A program made the translations under genes and the position numbers. The notes beneath the pieces are model-generated. The model was not told the origin of the DNA. It worked only from the letters and a program-made list of their open reading frames with translations, and did no database searches. A stretch of 64,000 bases of DNA from Hypanus sabinus (lineage: Eukaryota). Positions 14,601 through 27,800 of the stretch are shown piece by piece (position 1 is the first letter of the stretch; the number at the start of each line of letters is the position of its first letter). The stretch is from the NCBI RefSeq assembly GCF_030144855.1, contig NC_082733.1, positions 37,076,001 through 37,140,000 on the forward strand, written 5' to 3'.

Positions 14601-15509
14601 AAAGGCAGGCATCTGGCGCTCACCCTCTGCACTCAGATTGACGCTTCAATCTCCCCCGTTACAGTGCAGTATCCAGTGAACAATGGCAGCTGTAATCAGC
14701 GAAATGGGATCAAGCATCGGCCTCCTACTTCCTTCTCGCCCTGAGGTCCACTCGCTGCCTCTGCCTCCCGGAGACTTCAGAGCGCTGGAGCACCCACATG
14801 ATCTACAAACAGCAAAACAGAGGCTCCAAGGATTCTGTAATCACATTCAGGCCAAGAAACAAAAGTAAAATACATAAAAGAAGTGAAAAAGATGGTTATC
14901 CAGAAGATGTCGACCAAAGGAGTGTTGTATGCAGGAAGGTCCAATCAAACAATACATATACAAGACTACTCAAATATTATTGAAATATCAAATACACAGC
15001 CAACTGTAGATTATAAGGTCAAGTCTCTCTTATCTCACTTGGAGACCATTAACTAGCCTTATAACAGTGGGATAGAAGCTATCCCTGGTTTTTGGGCTTT
15101 TGTATCTTTTGACTGATGGGAGGGAGAGAAGGCAGGATGTCTGGGCTGGGTAAGGTCTTTGACAGTCTTAAACAGTTTCTGCCGGCACTTATGGCGTTCC
15201 AGGTTCCAAGCACTCTCTGCATGAAAAAAATTCTTCCTCGGATCTGCGTTAATTAAGTTATTAAAAGCAGCATGGGATTTGTTACCATGGCTGGCTTACA
15301 TGATGGTTATTTGTCACTTTTGTGTTGTTGAGGTTGTATTGTTGATTAGCCTTAGATGGTCCCACCAGGGGTTTTCCAAGGAAGGTATCTGCACTTTATG
15401 CATTAAGAAATAAATAAAAGTGATGAATAAATGCAAATAGACCACTGCAGTTCCTTGCCAAGGGGATTTCACAGAAAGGCAAAACAGTTACATAAAGCTC
15501 GAATTAAAC

Positions 15510-16110
15510 CAACAACCTTGCACTCAATGTCAGTAAGACCAAAGAGGTGATTGTGGACTTCAGAAGGGGTAAGATGAGGGAACATACAACAGTCCTCGTT
15601 GAGGGATCAGAATTGGAGAGAGAGAGCAATTTCAAGTTCCTGGGGTTAATATCTCTGAGGACTTAGCATATCAATGCAGCTGTAAAGAAGGCATGACAGC
15701 AGCTATAGTTCACTTGGAGTTTGAGGACATTTGGTATTTCATCTAAAACACTCACATATTTCTACAGATGTACTGTAGAGAGCATTCTAACTGGCTGCAT
15801 CACCGTCTGGTGTAAGGGGTGGGGGGGGGGGGCTGGGCACCTGCACAGGATTGAATTAAGCTGAAAAGAGTTGTAAAATTAGTCAGCTCCATCATAGGCA
15901 CCAGCTTCCATAGTACCCAAGACATCTTCAAGGTGCGATGCCTCAATAAGGCTGTGTCCATCACTACGGACCCCCATCATGCCCTCTTCTCATTATTACC
16001 ACCTGGAAGGAGGTACAGAAGCCTGAAGGCACACAGTCAGCAACTCAGAAACAGCTTCATCCCCTCTGCCATCCAGTTTCTGAACGGACACTAAACTCAT
16101 GAGCACTACC
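15510..16110 (+). mobile_element. Rex1/Babar LINE 3' fragment
   Basis: KTKEVIVDFR, FKFLGVNISEDL and YRCTVESILTGCITVW remnants. Confidence 0.65.
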
Positions 16111-16399
16111 TCACTGCTTTTTTTATATCTGTTTTTACACTTCTTATTTCATTGAACTATTTAGTATATAAATATATTTTTCCCTAAATTCAGTTTTTTC
16201 TATATTATCAAGTATTGCATTGAGTTGCTGCCGCAAAGTTAACAAATTTCATGACATATGCCAATGATATTAAACCTGATTCCAAAATTCAGTTAGTTTA
16301 ACTTTGCACAGTTCTGGTCTCCATATCCTTGGAGAGAGATATCTGAGGCAGAAGGGAGATGTGAACATATTTCAGAAGAAAGGAAACTAAATTGAGGGT

Positions 16400-17150
16400 A
16401 TGGGGCTGAGTACTGAGAATTCTTGGCTGCAGGCCAAGTTCATCCAGACCAACCCTTTTGACCACAAGTCTACCAGGCAGTGGTCAACATGGACTATCTT
16501 TCAGATACTGCAGGAGAAGGATTCGATGGACAGTGGGATGGTTCCTTGAGCAGACTGTCTAGACTATCAGGCAGAATGCCTCAACAACAGGCACTAAGAT
16601 CTTGCCTGGCTGGCCGAGAGAGGGGTTCTCCCTGTCAGATCCATCTTGCATGCTCGAACCATCACTCCCATCATGTACTGCTTCTGGGATGACAGTAACG
16701 GGGATAAGACAGTTCCTCATCTTTTTTGCAGACCGTGGACGCAAAGAGGGCATGGAGAAAGATGCAAGGGCCTAAGTCGCGGTTCATCGTGAGCAGCTGC
16801 GTGACAGAGACACACATGGAGACGGACATGAAGTGTTGCTAGCAGATCATCACCTTAGAGAAACACGCCCAGTTGTTGGTGTGCCCATACACTGAGATGT
16901 CTGTGGAGGAATGCTGTAGACTGGCACATTCCAGGCTGCAGGAGTACGTACTGAGGGACACACTGAAGTCCAGTACAGCCACAGCAAGGGTTTGGTAGGG
17001 AAGGTCCACAGGGTAGGGTTGTTTTGCTACTGGACAGAAAGGGGCCGAGTTGGGTGAGGAAGCCCCTCAATTATTATAGTTGTGGACCATCCTAGGGGGT
17101 TAAGAAATGTAACAGAATACTATTTAGCGCTCTGTAACAAAGTTCATTCT
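16400..17150 (+). mobile_element. Degraded Tx1/L1-clade ORF2 3' end
   Basis: LAHSRLQEYVLRDTLK from about 16921 resembles the Tx1 ORF2 C-terminus; zinc-finger remnant TVPHLF near 16710. Confidence 0.55.
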
Positions 17151-17199
17151 TGTAATCGTTTTTTTTTCACGAAGACAATCGGGAAGGTTGCTCTGACTT

Positions 17200-17525
17200 C
17201 CCAGCACTTGGTGGCGCTGGTGGCGTCTCTCCGCTGAGCGATGCGCCGAGCCGCGGCTTTGACCTCCGGTCGCTAAGCGGCGCGATGAACCTCCTCGCGG
17301 ACAGCGGGCAAGTTCCAACACGCCCAAGCTGCGACGGGAGAGAAATTTCTTGTGACGTTCAGAGAGCCGAATCAAAAGAGGATATGCGGCATCTCAACCA
17401 ATGATATTGAATCGAAGGCGGGACTGCGTGAAGCAATTGGCCAATCACCGGCTGAAGGAAGTTGAGATGGTGGCACGTGGCGCCGGCGACAGCTGGAGAT
17501 CACTCCTGGTGAGGAGCTGGGTACG
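17200..17525 (+). promoter_or_regulatory. AEN: AEN CpG-island promoter and non-coding exon 1
   Basis: Dense CpG; CCAAT/ATTGG motifs at about 17398-17445; E-box CACGTG at 17474-17479; donor candidates CTG|GTGAGG (17509) and TGG|GTACGG (17521); next acceptor ttttcttctgtctag ends at 17985. Confidence 0.7.
17306..17325 (+). promoter_or_regulatory. p53 response element-like site
   Basis: GGGCAAGTTC is a perfect RRRCWWGYYY half-site, followed with zero spacer by CAACACGCCC (2 mismatches). Confidence 0.6.
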
Positions 17526-17554
17526 GTATGGAGGGGCCGAATCGGCTCTGTCAC

Positions 17555-17850
17555 TGGGAAAGGGTGGGTGAGAGGGAGGGAGAGGGAGAGGGAGAGGAAG
17601 GTAAAGGGTACGTGGAGAGGGAAGGGAGGTATGGGTACCTGGAGGGGCGGCGGGAAGTAGAAGGGGGAGGAGGAATAGTGAGAAGGGGTGAAAGTGGGTA
17701 GGGGATGGCAGAGGGAGGAGGGTGAGTGGGAAGGAGGGGATGGCAGAGAGAGGAGGAATAGTGGGAAGGGGATGGCAGAGGGGGAAGGGGGGAGTGGGGA
17801 GTGAACCAGGACATGGGCCTGGGGGGGGGGGGTTGCTGGTGAGTGGGGAG
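17555..17850 (+). repeat. G/A-rich purine tract in AEN intron 1
   Basis: About 300 bp of GGG/GGA runs including a G run at about 17821-17832. Confidence 0.8.
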
Positions 17851-18028
17851 GAAATTGTACACGGATCTTTTGATTTATTTATCTTTCACGGCTGGATCTC
17901 CTTTGGTAAAAGAATATTTGTTCATTCTGTGGTAATTACTTTTGTATTTCCCATTGAATTAAAGGACCTATTTTCTTCTGTCTAGATTCCAAGTAGATAC
18001 CCTTACGCCATTGATAAATGAGCAAAGG

Positions 18029-18742
18029 ATGCCAGGGGTAGCCGACACTGTTATCCCAGTCCTGGAAGGCTCCATATCCAGGCTTTTGCTCCATGGGATC
18101 TGCAGTCCAGCTCGATCTCTCCGCCAGGGTAGTGAATGTCGGACCATCAGGCGCAAGAAGAAGCTGAGCAGGAAGTATCAGCGTTTCTTGGAAAGGAAAG
18201 CGTTCCTGGAGCGAAGGGGGATTTTGAAGCGGAGACGGGTCAGAGAGAAGGAGGGACCTGGAGACCATCCACAGTGCCCAGGTGGCTGCATCTTCCAGCA
18301 GGGAGTCACCAAGCAGCCGAGTGGCTCCTGTATGAATGCTAATTACTCCATCGTAGCCGGTGCCTTGCAAACCCAGACCACGACAGGAAGTATCACACCC
18401 ACTCTGTTGGGGGCGTCCAGCCCAGAACACAAGGCAAACCGTCTCACCCCCAAGGGCCTTGCCCTGCTGTCACCTGCTGCCACCTCTCGCAGGATGAGGT
18501 CGGGGGGCTTCTGCTGCAGTGCCACCAGGTGCGTGGCGATCGACTGCGAGATGGTGGGCACGGGCCCCTGTGGGTGGCTGGGTGAAGTGGCCAGATGCAG
18601 CATAGTTAACTATCAGGGTGACGTCATCTATGATAAGTACGTGAGGCCGGAAGGTCCCATCACCGACTACAGGACGCGGTGGAGTGGAATACGCAAGCAG
18701 CACATGGCGAGTGCGTTAGAGTTTAATGTTGCGCAGAGAGAG
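18029..18742 (+). CDS. AEN: Apoptosis-enhancing nuclease, coding exon 1 (238 codons)
   Basis: Basic NLS-like [20 protein letters not shown] as in AEN; Exo[13 protein letters not shown]; DYRTRWSGI; phase-0 donor GAG|GTGAGA. Confidence 0.93.
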
Positions 18743-21026
18743 GTGAGAGTACAAAAAAAATCACCAGTAATCTACTCCAAGCCCTTTGGAAAGCACCAAG
18801 TTCCACCTTGTACTTCTTCCTCCCCTCCATCAACCTTCTTACTCTGACTTCTCTTACTTTCTAGTACTGATGAAGGAACTCAGCTCGAAATGTTGACTTC
18901 TTTTCCCCCACAGATGTTGCCTGGCCTGCTGAGTTCCTACAACATTTTGTGCATATTGATTTGGATATTCAGCATCTACAGATTTTCTTGTGTTTGTGTT
19001 GTCCTTAAAATTAAACCCCGATCATTGGTGCCCCACTGTATATTTTATGGAGATCTGGTGGAGAGCCGTAGAGTCCTGTTTGATAGTTGGGCAATGGTGA
19101 GGCATGGCACCGTTAGGAAGGGCCGAAAAACAGTGAATATTAATATTGTCAGTGCTAGCAAGCCATTCTGCAGGTTGACACTTGGATGCTGAATTACTGA
19201 TTTCTTTGATGTTGGGCCAGAGAATGAAGTAGACTTTGAGTTTGAACAAACTCTTTCCCTAGTCGGATTGGAGCTGAAGAACGAATTTGTTCAAAATCAA
19301 GTTACTTGTCGTGCTCACAAGTGCTTGCATCTGCACCACAGGTACATTGCGTTAAGAATTTCACAACATTCACAAGAAAAATCTAAATGAACATTATTAA
19401 TTTTATAGTATACTTAAGTATACAAATGGACAAGTATAGGAGATGGAGAGGTGATCTTGTACAGGTGTATAATAACATGAGGGTCTCTTATTTTTCCCAG
19501 TTGGAAAATAAAAAAACTAGTACGCATAGGAAAGACTTAATTTTAGGTAATTTAATTTATCAAAGTATGTATATATCTGAGATCAGTTTTCTTACAGGCA
19601 TTGACAGTAGAGCAAAGATATAAAACAGAATCAATGAAAAACTATACAAAGACTGACAAACAACCCATGTGCAAAAGACTATTTGTGCAAATACCTATTA
19701 TATTAGTATTAATACTTAAATAAATACTACTGAGAACAGGAATTGTAGGGTCCTAGAAAGTGAGTTCATAAGTTATAGAAGCAGGTCAGAGTTGAGGTTA
19801 GTGAAGTTATTCATGCTGGTTCGGTTGCCTGATGATTGAAGGGAATAACTGTTCCTGAACCTTGTGTAACTGCTTCTCAATGGCAGCAGTGAGAAGAGGG
19901 CATGGCCCAGATGGTGGGAGTCCTTGATGATGGATGCTGCTTTCTTTGGGTAGTGCTCCACGTAATTGTTCTCCGTGGTGGGTATTCCATGATGTAGGAA
20001 CAGTTCAGTTGTGGAAGTTCATTCTTCACAAAAAGCTGCTGTTGAAATCTGGAATAACTGACTTGCGTGAAGAAATGGGCTTTAATTTTCATAGCTTAAT
20101 GGATTTGCTTTCGGGTTGTTTAGAAGGGCAGTTCCGTCCTACGGTGGGAGGCTGTAGGACCAGGGGGCACAGCCTCAGAATACAAGGACATTCAGAGGAA
20201 TTTCTTTAGCCAGATAATGGTGAATCTGTGGAATTCATTGCCGCAGATGGCTGTGGAGGCCAAGTCATTGGGTATATTTAAAACGGAGGTTGATGGGTTC
20301 TTGATTAGTAAGGCTTCAAAGGTTATGGGAAGAAGGCATGAAAATGGGGTTGAGGGCAATAATAAATCAGACTTGATGGAATGGCAGAGCACGTATGATG
20401 GACCGAATGGCCTGGTTCCGCTCCTACGTCTTATGGTCTTTTGGGATTTGGGCCCAGGAACGGCAGAGGTAGAGATGTACAGTGTTGAGTTTTAAAGATT
20501 AGAGAGCTTAGCTGTATTTGCCACATGGACATTGAAACATACAGTGAAATATGACACACAATCTAAGTAGGTGCTGGGGACAGTCTGCAAGGGTCACTAT
20601 GCTTCTGGCGCCAACATAGCATGCCCACGGCTCACTAACCCTAACTGTTTTGTGTGGGAGGAAACAGGAGCGTCTGGAGGAAGCCCACACAGTCACAGGG
20701 AGAATGTACAAACTCCTTGCAGTGGTGGAATTGAAACTCGAGAAAATCTGCAGATGCTGGAAATCAAAGGCAACACACACAAAATGCTGGAGGGATTCCG
20801 CAGGTCAGGCAGCATCCATGGAAAAGAGTAAACAGTCGATGTTTCGAGCTGAGACCCTTCTTTAGGACAGAACCCTGCGAATTGAACCTTGACCTTCTGA
20901 TCGCTGGCATTGTGAAGTGTTATGCTAACCGCTACATTGGTTTACTGTGTTGGTGGGAATGCAAGTCTGAGAGCGAAAATTGACTACAGTGGTTACACTA
21001 TTAAGTTCTGCTTTTTCTTCCCCCAG

Positions 21027-21227
21027 ATCATGAAGATCCTAAAAGGTAAAATTGTGATAGGCCATGCATTGCACAATGATTTTAAAGCCCTGAAGTATTT
21101 TCATCCGAGATCTCTAACGAGAGATACAAGCAAGATGCCTCTTTTGAAGAAGGTGGCTGGGTTTGCCGAAAAAGACTCTGTGTCCCTGAAGAATCTTGCA
21201 AAGCAGCTTCTGCGCAAATCCATACAG
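21027..21227 (+). CDS. AEN: AEN coding exon 2 (67 codons)
   Basis: Acceptor ttcttcccccag; [27 protein letters not shown] contains ExoII; donor CAG|GTGGGT. Confidence 0.95.
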
Positions 21228-21468
21228 GTGGGTTTGGAGTTGCAGGTCTTATTGCAGTAAGGCGATTCTGTTAATGCTGCTGTTATTGCAGTTGGTCAAG
21301 AAGACCCAGCCCCATCCATGCTGATGATTGGTTACTATTTGGCTGCCTTTACCATCCGAATGAGAGCATGCCAGTCAATTACAAAACCCTTTAGTGTTTG
21401 TCCCTTTTTACACTGTAAAGTTGCCTGTGATTTATAAAGAAAAAGATTAGCTTGATTTGTGATATGAA

Positions 21469-23005
21469 CAGTTGCAAGAAAAAGTTTTGCAATTACCTGG
21501 TTTTCTGCATTAATTACTCATAAAATGTGGTCTAATCTTTATTTAAGTCACAATGTGCCTAAACTTAATAACACTAAACAATTGTACTTCTTGTCAGTTC
21601 TGAGTACACCATTTAACCAATCACATTCTAGGTTCTAAAATGTATGTGACCTTCTGGGGCAGTGTTTTTGACAAAAGCTATTTGGAGTCAGATGTTCCAA
21701 TCAATATGATGAAATTGGAAGTGTGGGTTGTAGAGGTGCCCTGCCCTATATATAAAAAAAAGACACACAAAGTCAGGTTACTGACAGAGCCTGCTCTTCT
21801 CCAGAAAGATCTGTTTATGTGCACCATGCTTGATCAAAACAAATTTCAGAGGACCTTAGAAGAGGAATTGTAGAGATTTGTGAAGCTGGAAAAGGCTGTA
21901 AGAATGTTTCTAAAGACCTGAGTGTTCATCAGTCCACCATAAGAGAAATTGCTCACAAATGGAGGAAATCCAGTACTGTTGCTACTTTCCTAGAAGTGGA
22001 TGTCTTTCAGAGACGACACCAAGAGCACAATGTGCAATGCTGAAGGAAGTGAAAAAGAACCCAAGGGTGACAGAAAAGACCTGCAGAAATCTAGAATTCA
22101 CTAAAGTATGTTCATGCGTCCACTATAAGAAAAACACTGAACAAGAATGATATTCATGGAAGGACACAACAGAGGACAACACTGCTCTCCAAAAAAAAAA
22201 ATTACTGGGCATCTCAAGTTTGCAAACAAACACCTGGGTGTTCCACAATGCTCCTGGGACAATGTTCTGTGGACAGTTGAAACAGAAGTTGAACTTTTTG
22301 GCAGAAATGCACATCGCCATGTTTGGAGGAAAATGAGCTCTGTACAGCCCAAAACCAAAAGCTCAAACCAACTATGAATCATGGTAGAAGAAGCATCATG
22401 GTTTGGGGCAGCTTTGCTGCCTCGGGGCCTGTACAGTTTGTAATCATTGAGGGAACAATGAATTCAAAATTGTATCAAGATGTTTTACAGGAGAATGTCA
22501 GGGTAGCAGTCTGTCACCTGAAGCTTAATAGAAGTTGGATGATACATAAGACAGGAATCCAAAATACAAGTGTAGATCAACAGAATGGTTTAAAAAGAAT
22601 TAAATTTGTGTTTTGCAAATGCCAGGTCAGAGTCCAGACCTTAATTGAGATGCTGTGGCATGACCTGAAGAGGGCTGTTCATACAAGGTATCCCAGAAAT
22701 ATTGATGAACTGGAAGTCTTGTATGGAGGAATGGTCTATAAATCCTCCTCATCATTGTGCAAGTCGGATTAGCAGCTACAGGGAATGTTTGGTTCATGTA
22801 CTTTTTCCAGCCTGGACTCTGAATGATTAAACAATGTGTGCAATGAAGACATGAAAAGTACAATCGTTTGTATGGTTTTAGTTTAAGTAGATTGTATTTG
22901 TTTATTATTGTAACTTAGATGACGATCAGACCACATTTTATGATTGATTAATTAATGCAGAAAACCAGGTAATTGCAAAAGTTCACTAACTTTTTCTTGT
23001 AAATG
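21469..23005 (+). mobile_element. Degraded full-length Tc1 DNA transposon in an AEN intron
   Basis: Long TIRs (cagttgcaagaaaaag...gcaattacctggttttctgcattaat and inverse); frameshifted transposase WDNVLWTVETEVELFG, SIMVWGSF, IEMLWHDLKRAV. Confidence 0.85.
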
Positions 23006-23229
23006 TACATTGAAACATACAGTGAAATGGTCATTTGTGTCAAATAAAATCAGTGAGGATTTTATAACAGCATAGAATTACACTCAACTAAATGGCTGCA
23101 CCCTGTCAGTTAAAGTTATGGGGGAACAAATTGGCCACTTATTCTACAGCCATAGAATCATACCACTGGGAAACAGACTTTACAATCCACGCTGTCCATA
23201 CTGACCATCAACTACCCCTCAACCCACAT

Positions 23230-23736
23230 TTTTGTATGTTCATGGTCTTCCACTGCTGTAGCCCATCCACTTCAAGATTCAACGTGTTGTGTGTGCAGAG
23301 ATGGTGTCTGTATACCACTGTTGCAACACGTGGTTATTTGTGTTACTGTCGCCTTCCAATGAGCTCGATCTAGTCCGGCTGTTCTCCTCTGACCTGTCTC
23401 ATTGACAGGGCATTTTTATCCACAGAACTGCCACTCACTGGATGCTTTTTATTTCTCACACTATTTTCTATAAACTCTAGAGACTTGTGTGTGAAAATTC
23501 CAGGAGATCAGCACTTTCAGATACTCAACCCATCCTGTTTAGCATCAACAATCATTCCACGGTCAAAGTCACTTAGATCACATTCCTTTCTCATTCTGAT
23601 GTTTGGTTTGAACAAGAACTGAACCTCTTACGTCTCCCTGTTTTTATGAATTGAGTTGCTGCCACATGATTGGCTGATAAGATATTTACATTAATGAGCA
23701 GCTATACAGGTGTACCAAATAAATGGCCACTGAGTG
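23230..23736 (-). mobile_element. Non-autonomous Tc1-like element; same family at 33105-33630 (+)
   Basis: Terminus tggccactgagtg|TA; the body is the reverse complement of 33105-33630. Confidence 0.6.
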
Positions 23737-24557
23737 TATATTGTGAAATTTCTTTGCAACAATATATTAAAAATTGCTCTAAGTTTCAAGAAGAAATAAA
23801 AAATGAATAGGTAGTGCAAAAAGAGAGAAAAATACATGGGTATGAACAGTTGGCATAGGTTATGGAAACTTTCTGCTCCTGAGTGTAGATAAGTGTATCT
23901 TGTGGGTGCTCAGTAAATCTAACCCATGAACAGACTCCTTGGTTGGAGTTTCTGCTGCTGTTACCTGCTGGTCAAGATGAGGGAGGGCTGGCAGGTGTGG
24001 ACCTCTCCAAGGTGAATAACTGGTGGGGGTGGTGCAGTGGTCAGGGAAGTCACTCCACCCAGCTGATTTGAACATAGAAGGGCACAACACACCACAGACC
24101 CTTCAGCAAACAATGTTACTGATAATTGGGGAGTCTAGTACCAGAGGGCACAGCTGCAGATTACAAGGATGTTAGAACAGAGATGAGAAGGAATTTCTTT
24201 AGCCAAAGATGGTGAATCTGTAGAATTAATGGCCACAGATGGCTGTGGAGGCCAAAACATTGGGTATAGTTAAAGCAAAGGTTACTAGGTTCTTGATTAG
24301 TAAAGATGTCAAAGATTATGGGAAGAAGGCAGGAGAATGGGTTTGAGAGGGATAATAAGTCACGATCACATGGTGGAGCAGACATGTTGGGCTGAATGAC
24401 CTAATTCTTGTGTTATGGAACTTATGCCGACCTTTTAACTTTGCTCTTAAGATCAACCTAAATGTTCCCTCCTGCTAAGTCCTCCGTTTCTCTTTCATCT
24501 ATCCACCTTAAGAGTCTCTGAAATGTCCCTAATATATCTGTTTCACCTTTGTGACAG

Positions 24558-24761
24558 GTCGGCAGAGACGGTCACTGTTCTGTTGAGGATGCCCGCACTG
24601 CAATGCAATTGTACAAGCTAGTTGAAGTTCAGTGGGAAGAGAAGCTTCACAGCGAGTTGTGGACAGAACATGATCACACGGTGTCTGACACAAGCTCTGA
24701 AATCAGTCACTACATGGACGATCAGTACTGGCCTGCTGGATTACACGACGACTGCAAATGA
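24558..24761 (+). CDS. AEN: AEN last coding exon (67 aa plus stop); whole protein 372 aa
   Basis: Acceptor cctttgtgacag; VGRDGHCSVEDARTAMQLYKLVEVQWEE with ExoIII H..D; AEN-type C-terminal YMDDQYWP; TGA at 24759-24761. Missed by the ORF track. Confidence 0.95.
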   Translation, partial: VGRDGHCSVEDARTAMQLYKLVEVQWEEKLHSELWTEHDHTVSDTSSEISHYMDDQYWPAGLHDDCK

Positions 24762-26021
24762 TTGGAGAAGGATTTTTTAAAGTACGTACCTCCAGTGACG
24801 ATAAGCATTAATGCTGCTGATGGACTATTGCAATACAAACTCAGGTTGATTTGCCTGTTGGATGAGGACCAGTTTTTCACCTGTTCTCAGGCCTTCACTG
24901 TCCTGCCAGCAAATTGGCGCTTGTTCCCTCTCAGTGGTGGGTCAGGATCCATGCAGCCATAGTCCAGGATCAGGGCTAAGGTCTCAAGCCTGCTTCAATA
25001 CCAAGTTGTTCAGCATGCCAGTGCAGAATCTGGAGCAAGTTAAGGTGGGGGGGTGGGGGTTATTTGGTGCAATTGGGTCCTTCCAGAGTTCTGACTGAAA
25101 ATTCAACCCATTGTGATCTTAGTCTTGGAGAGAAAATGAATAGACTAGATTTGGTGTGGTGGATAAAGCTGAGTGGTTTTGTTCTGTCAATGTGGTTGAC
25201 CACAAAGGAACAAGAATTGCAACCTGTTAACCATGTTTTCTGTTTTAATACTTATCTTCAACATTTCTACTCACAACTCTGGCATGCAGAAGACAACTGG
25301 TACTGTTTCACTGATACCGGTTGGTCCCAGTTCCCAAATCCTGAAGCTAATGAGCATCAGGCTCTTTAGCTCAGAGAGCCAATCTTCTTTGTGCCCTCGT
25401 TCCAGTTCGCTGTCTAATTCTGAAGTACTGAGTTCAATGTCCCAACTGCTGCCCTTTCAGAAAAGGCCTCCAAGATTGCTGTGGGGTTTGGAGTAGCTGA
25501 TAACTCTCTTGGTCCATGTGACTGTCTCCTGAATAGTTCAGTGTGGTTCATCTTTACTTGGCCTGTACGAAAAGTGGGTGTCAGTGTGAGGCAGGAAGCT
25601 ATGTTCTCATCCTTCCCCAACCCATATTCCTGTGATATCTTGTGGATATACGAAAGTGAGGAGGAAAGTGGAATCTGTTACCATGACTGCTTGTTGAAAA
25701 CAGATCAGTTCTGAAGAGAAATTGTATCAGTAGGCATCTAGAGAGCCCCATTTGGGGGAGTGCTTGGGCTGAGCTACTGTAGGTTTATCACCTGCCACTA
25801 GCAGCACAGTGACACGGTAATAAAGCTGCTGTCTTGTGTCTAGTACCCACAAGTTCAAAGCTGACCTCTGCTGCTATCTGTGTGGAGTTTGCATGTTGTT
25901 CCTGTGACTATATGGATGGTCTTCCACATCTGAGTGACATATAGTATGGTAGATCAATTAGCCATTGTGTAGGCGAGTGGCAGAATCTGGGGAGAGCTGT
26001 TGGGAATGACCATAATACGAA

Positions 26022-26473
26022 CAATGCTGTGCAGAAGTCCTGGGCACATCTATAGGTGCCTCAGACCTTTGCACACTACTGTATTTGTCAACGTGGAGCA
26101 GAGGGAGTGTTTGTAAAACTGATGGGAGCAAGGGATGTTGAACATAGTGAGGGTGGGGGGGTGTGGGACAGGTGGTAGAGAAGGAATGCCGGGACAGAGA
26201 GTGGCATGGGTGCAGTGACGCCTCGCCCTGAGACACCAGACAACGTCATTTGATTCTAAACAATTGGTTTGCTGATCACTACGGAATATTTTTCTGGTGT
26301 TTCTTGCTTCCTGTCCATTTTCCTGACCGTGATTCCCCTCTCTCTGCCCCCATTCCACAATAGAGACCCATAATAGAATCAGAATTATCACCACTCTCAT
26401 ATGTTATGAAATTCTTTTTTTTTGTGGTAGTACAGTGCTGTGCAAAAGTCTTAGGGTTTCTAGCACAGTATTG
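26022..26473. mobile_element. Third copy of the palindromic-end MITE
   Basis: Same termini and core as 8273-8798. Confidence 0.55.
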
Positions 26474-27194
26474 TAGGAGCAGAATTGGGCCATTCGGCCC
26501 ATTGAGTCTGTTCCATCATGCCATCATGGCTGATATATTTCTCTCTCAACCCCATGTGAATGAGAAGAGAATTTAAAAAAAAACAGTTGGGATTAGTAAC
26601 AGGTTAGTATTAATGTGTGCTTAATAGTTGGATTGGACTCAGTGGATGAAGGAGGCTGTTCCTATGCCTTGTGACCTCTCACCCCTATGACATTGTTAGT
26701 GAGACATGAACTTGTGATATCATTCCCCCTTTGATGTCGTCACATGAGAGGCATGCTTTTCAAAATGTCTGCTTCAAGCTTGACTCCAACCTGCGTGATC
26801 ACAAGTGACAGCATCATTTGGTGAAAACTACAAGTTTATTGGCCTGCTCTGCCTCTGTCAATTTTAATTTTGTTTCAGGAATCATTTAGGAACTCCACTC
26901 TATTGCTAATGGTTTGGGGAGGGAGGATAGGACTCTGCCTGCATTCTGTGTTGGACTCTTAAAGCCACCCTCCCATGGACAAAATCTGACTGCAAGGAAA
27001 ACCGTATTAGTACGTTGGTGCCCACTGCATTTTTCAGGTATCCTTTTTTTAATCCACGTTGTTTTTTGAACCACTCTGTCCTCAACAGCCATTCATGTTA
27101 ATGGATTCTGTGTTGTATCTCTGCCATACTGAAGGTTATGAGGTTAGGTGATCATGCTGCAGTTTTCCTTCAGAATTGTACTGCAGTCTCTTTC

Positions 27195-27800
27195 AATTGA
27201 TATTTGATATTTGACTTGATATTTCAATCCCCATGATAAGTCAGCACTCTCGATGTTGGTAGTGGGCTTGGAGTAGTGACAAGGAGGGTTGGTACCTCAT
27301 TGGGGTCATCAGGTGGGCACCCTCCTTTGATGTTTTGTTGATAAGCCCACGATATCTCCAGAGGGCTCAATGGTGCTACCTGGCATCCCAGATCCACCCC
27401 CTTCAGTTCCATACCCTCCTGTCTTCATCTTGCAGCCCAGTTATTATCTTTCCTTTTAATCCAAATCCAATTACTGCTTTCTTCTGCTGCACTTGACAAG
27501 GACGTGATTGCTTGTTGGAGTGAATAACCCCTCACTCCCATCTTCAATAGACTGGTCAAAGATGTAGCCATAAATCCCCTGCATCCCACTTCTACAGGGA
27601 AAATCTTGGTCTTCCAGTTATTCTGGGCAGCTTCAGTTGCCAGTTCAGAGTACTTGGTCTTTTTCCTCTCAAGCTTCTTCAACACCATCTTCCCATGGTA
27701 CTGTCATTTCCACAACATTGACAGCTTGGCTGTTGTGGACCACAGGACCATGTCTGGCCAGAGTATGGAACTCCACTGTGCTGCCTGAGACATTCTCCCC
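27195..27800 (-). mobile_element. 5'-truncated HERO-like (restriction-like endonuclease) non-LTR retrotransposon
   Basis: WPDMVLWS, TVPWE and ERKKTKYSEL...FPVEVGCRGF...SSNWIWIKR; short repeat tail (ttgatat)n at about 27195-27223. Confidence 0.75.

Noticed and set aside
18743-18847. C-terminal part of ORF 18011-18847 and its TTG start
   Set aside because: Intron read-through past the donor at 18743; the real start is the ATG at 18029.
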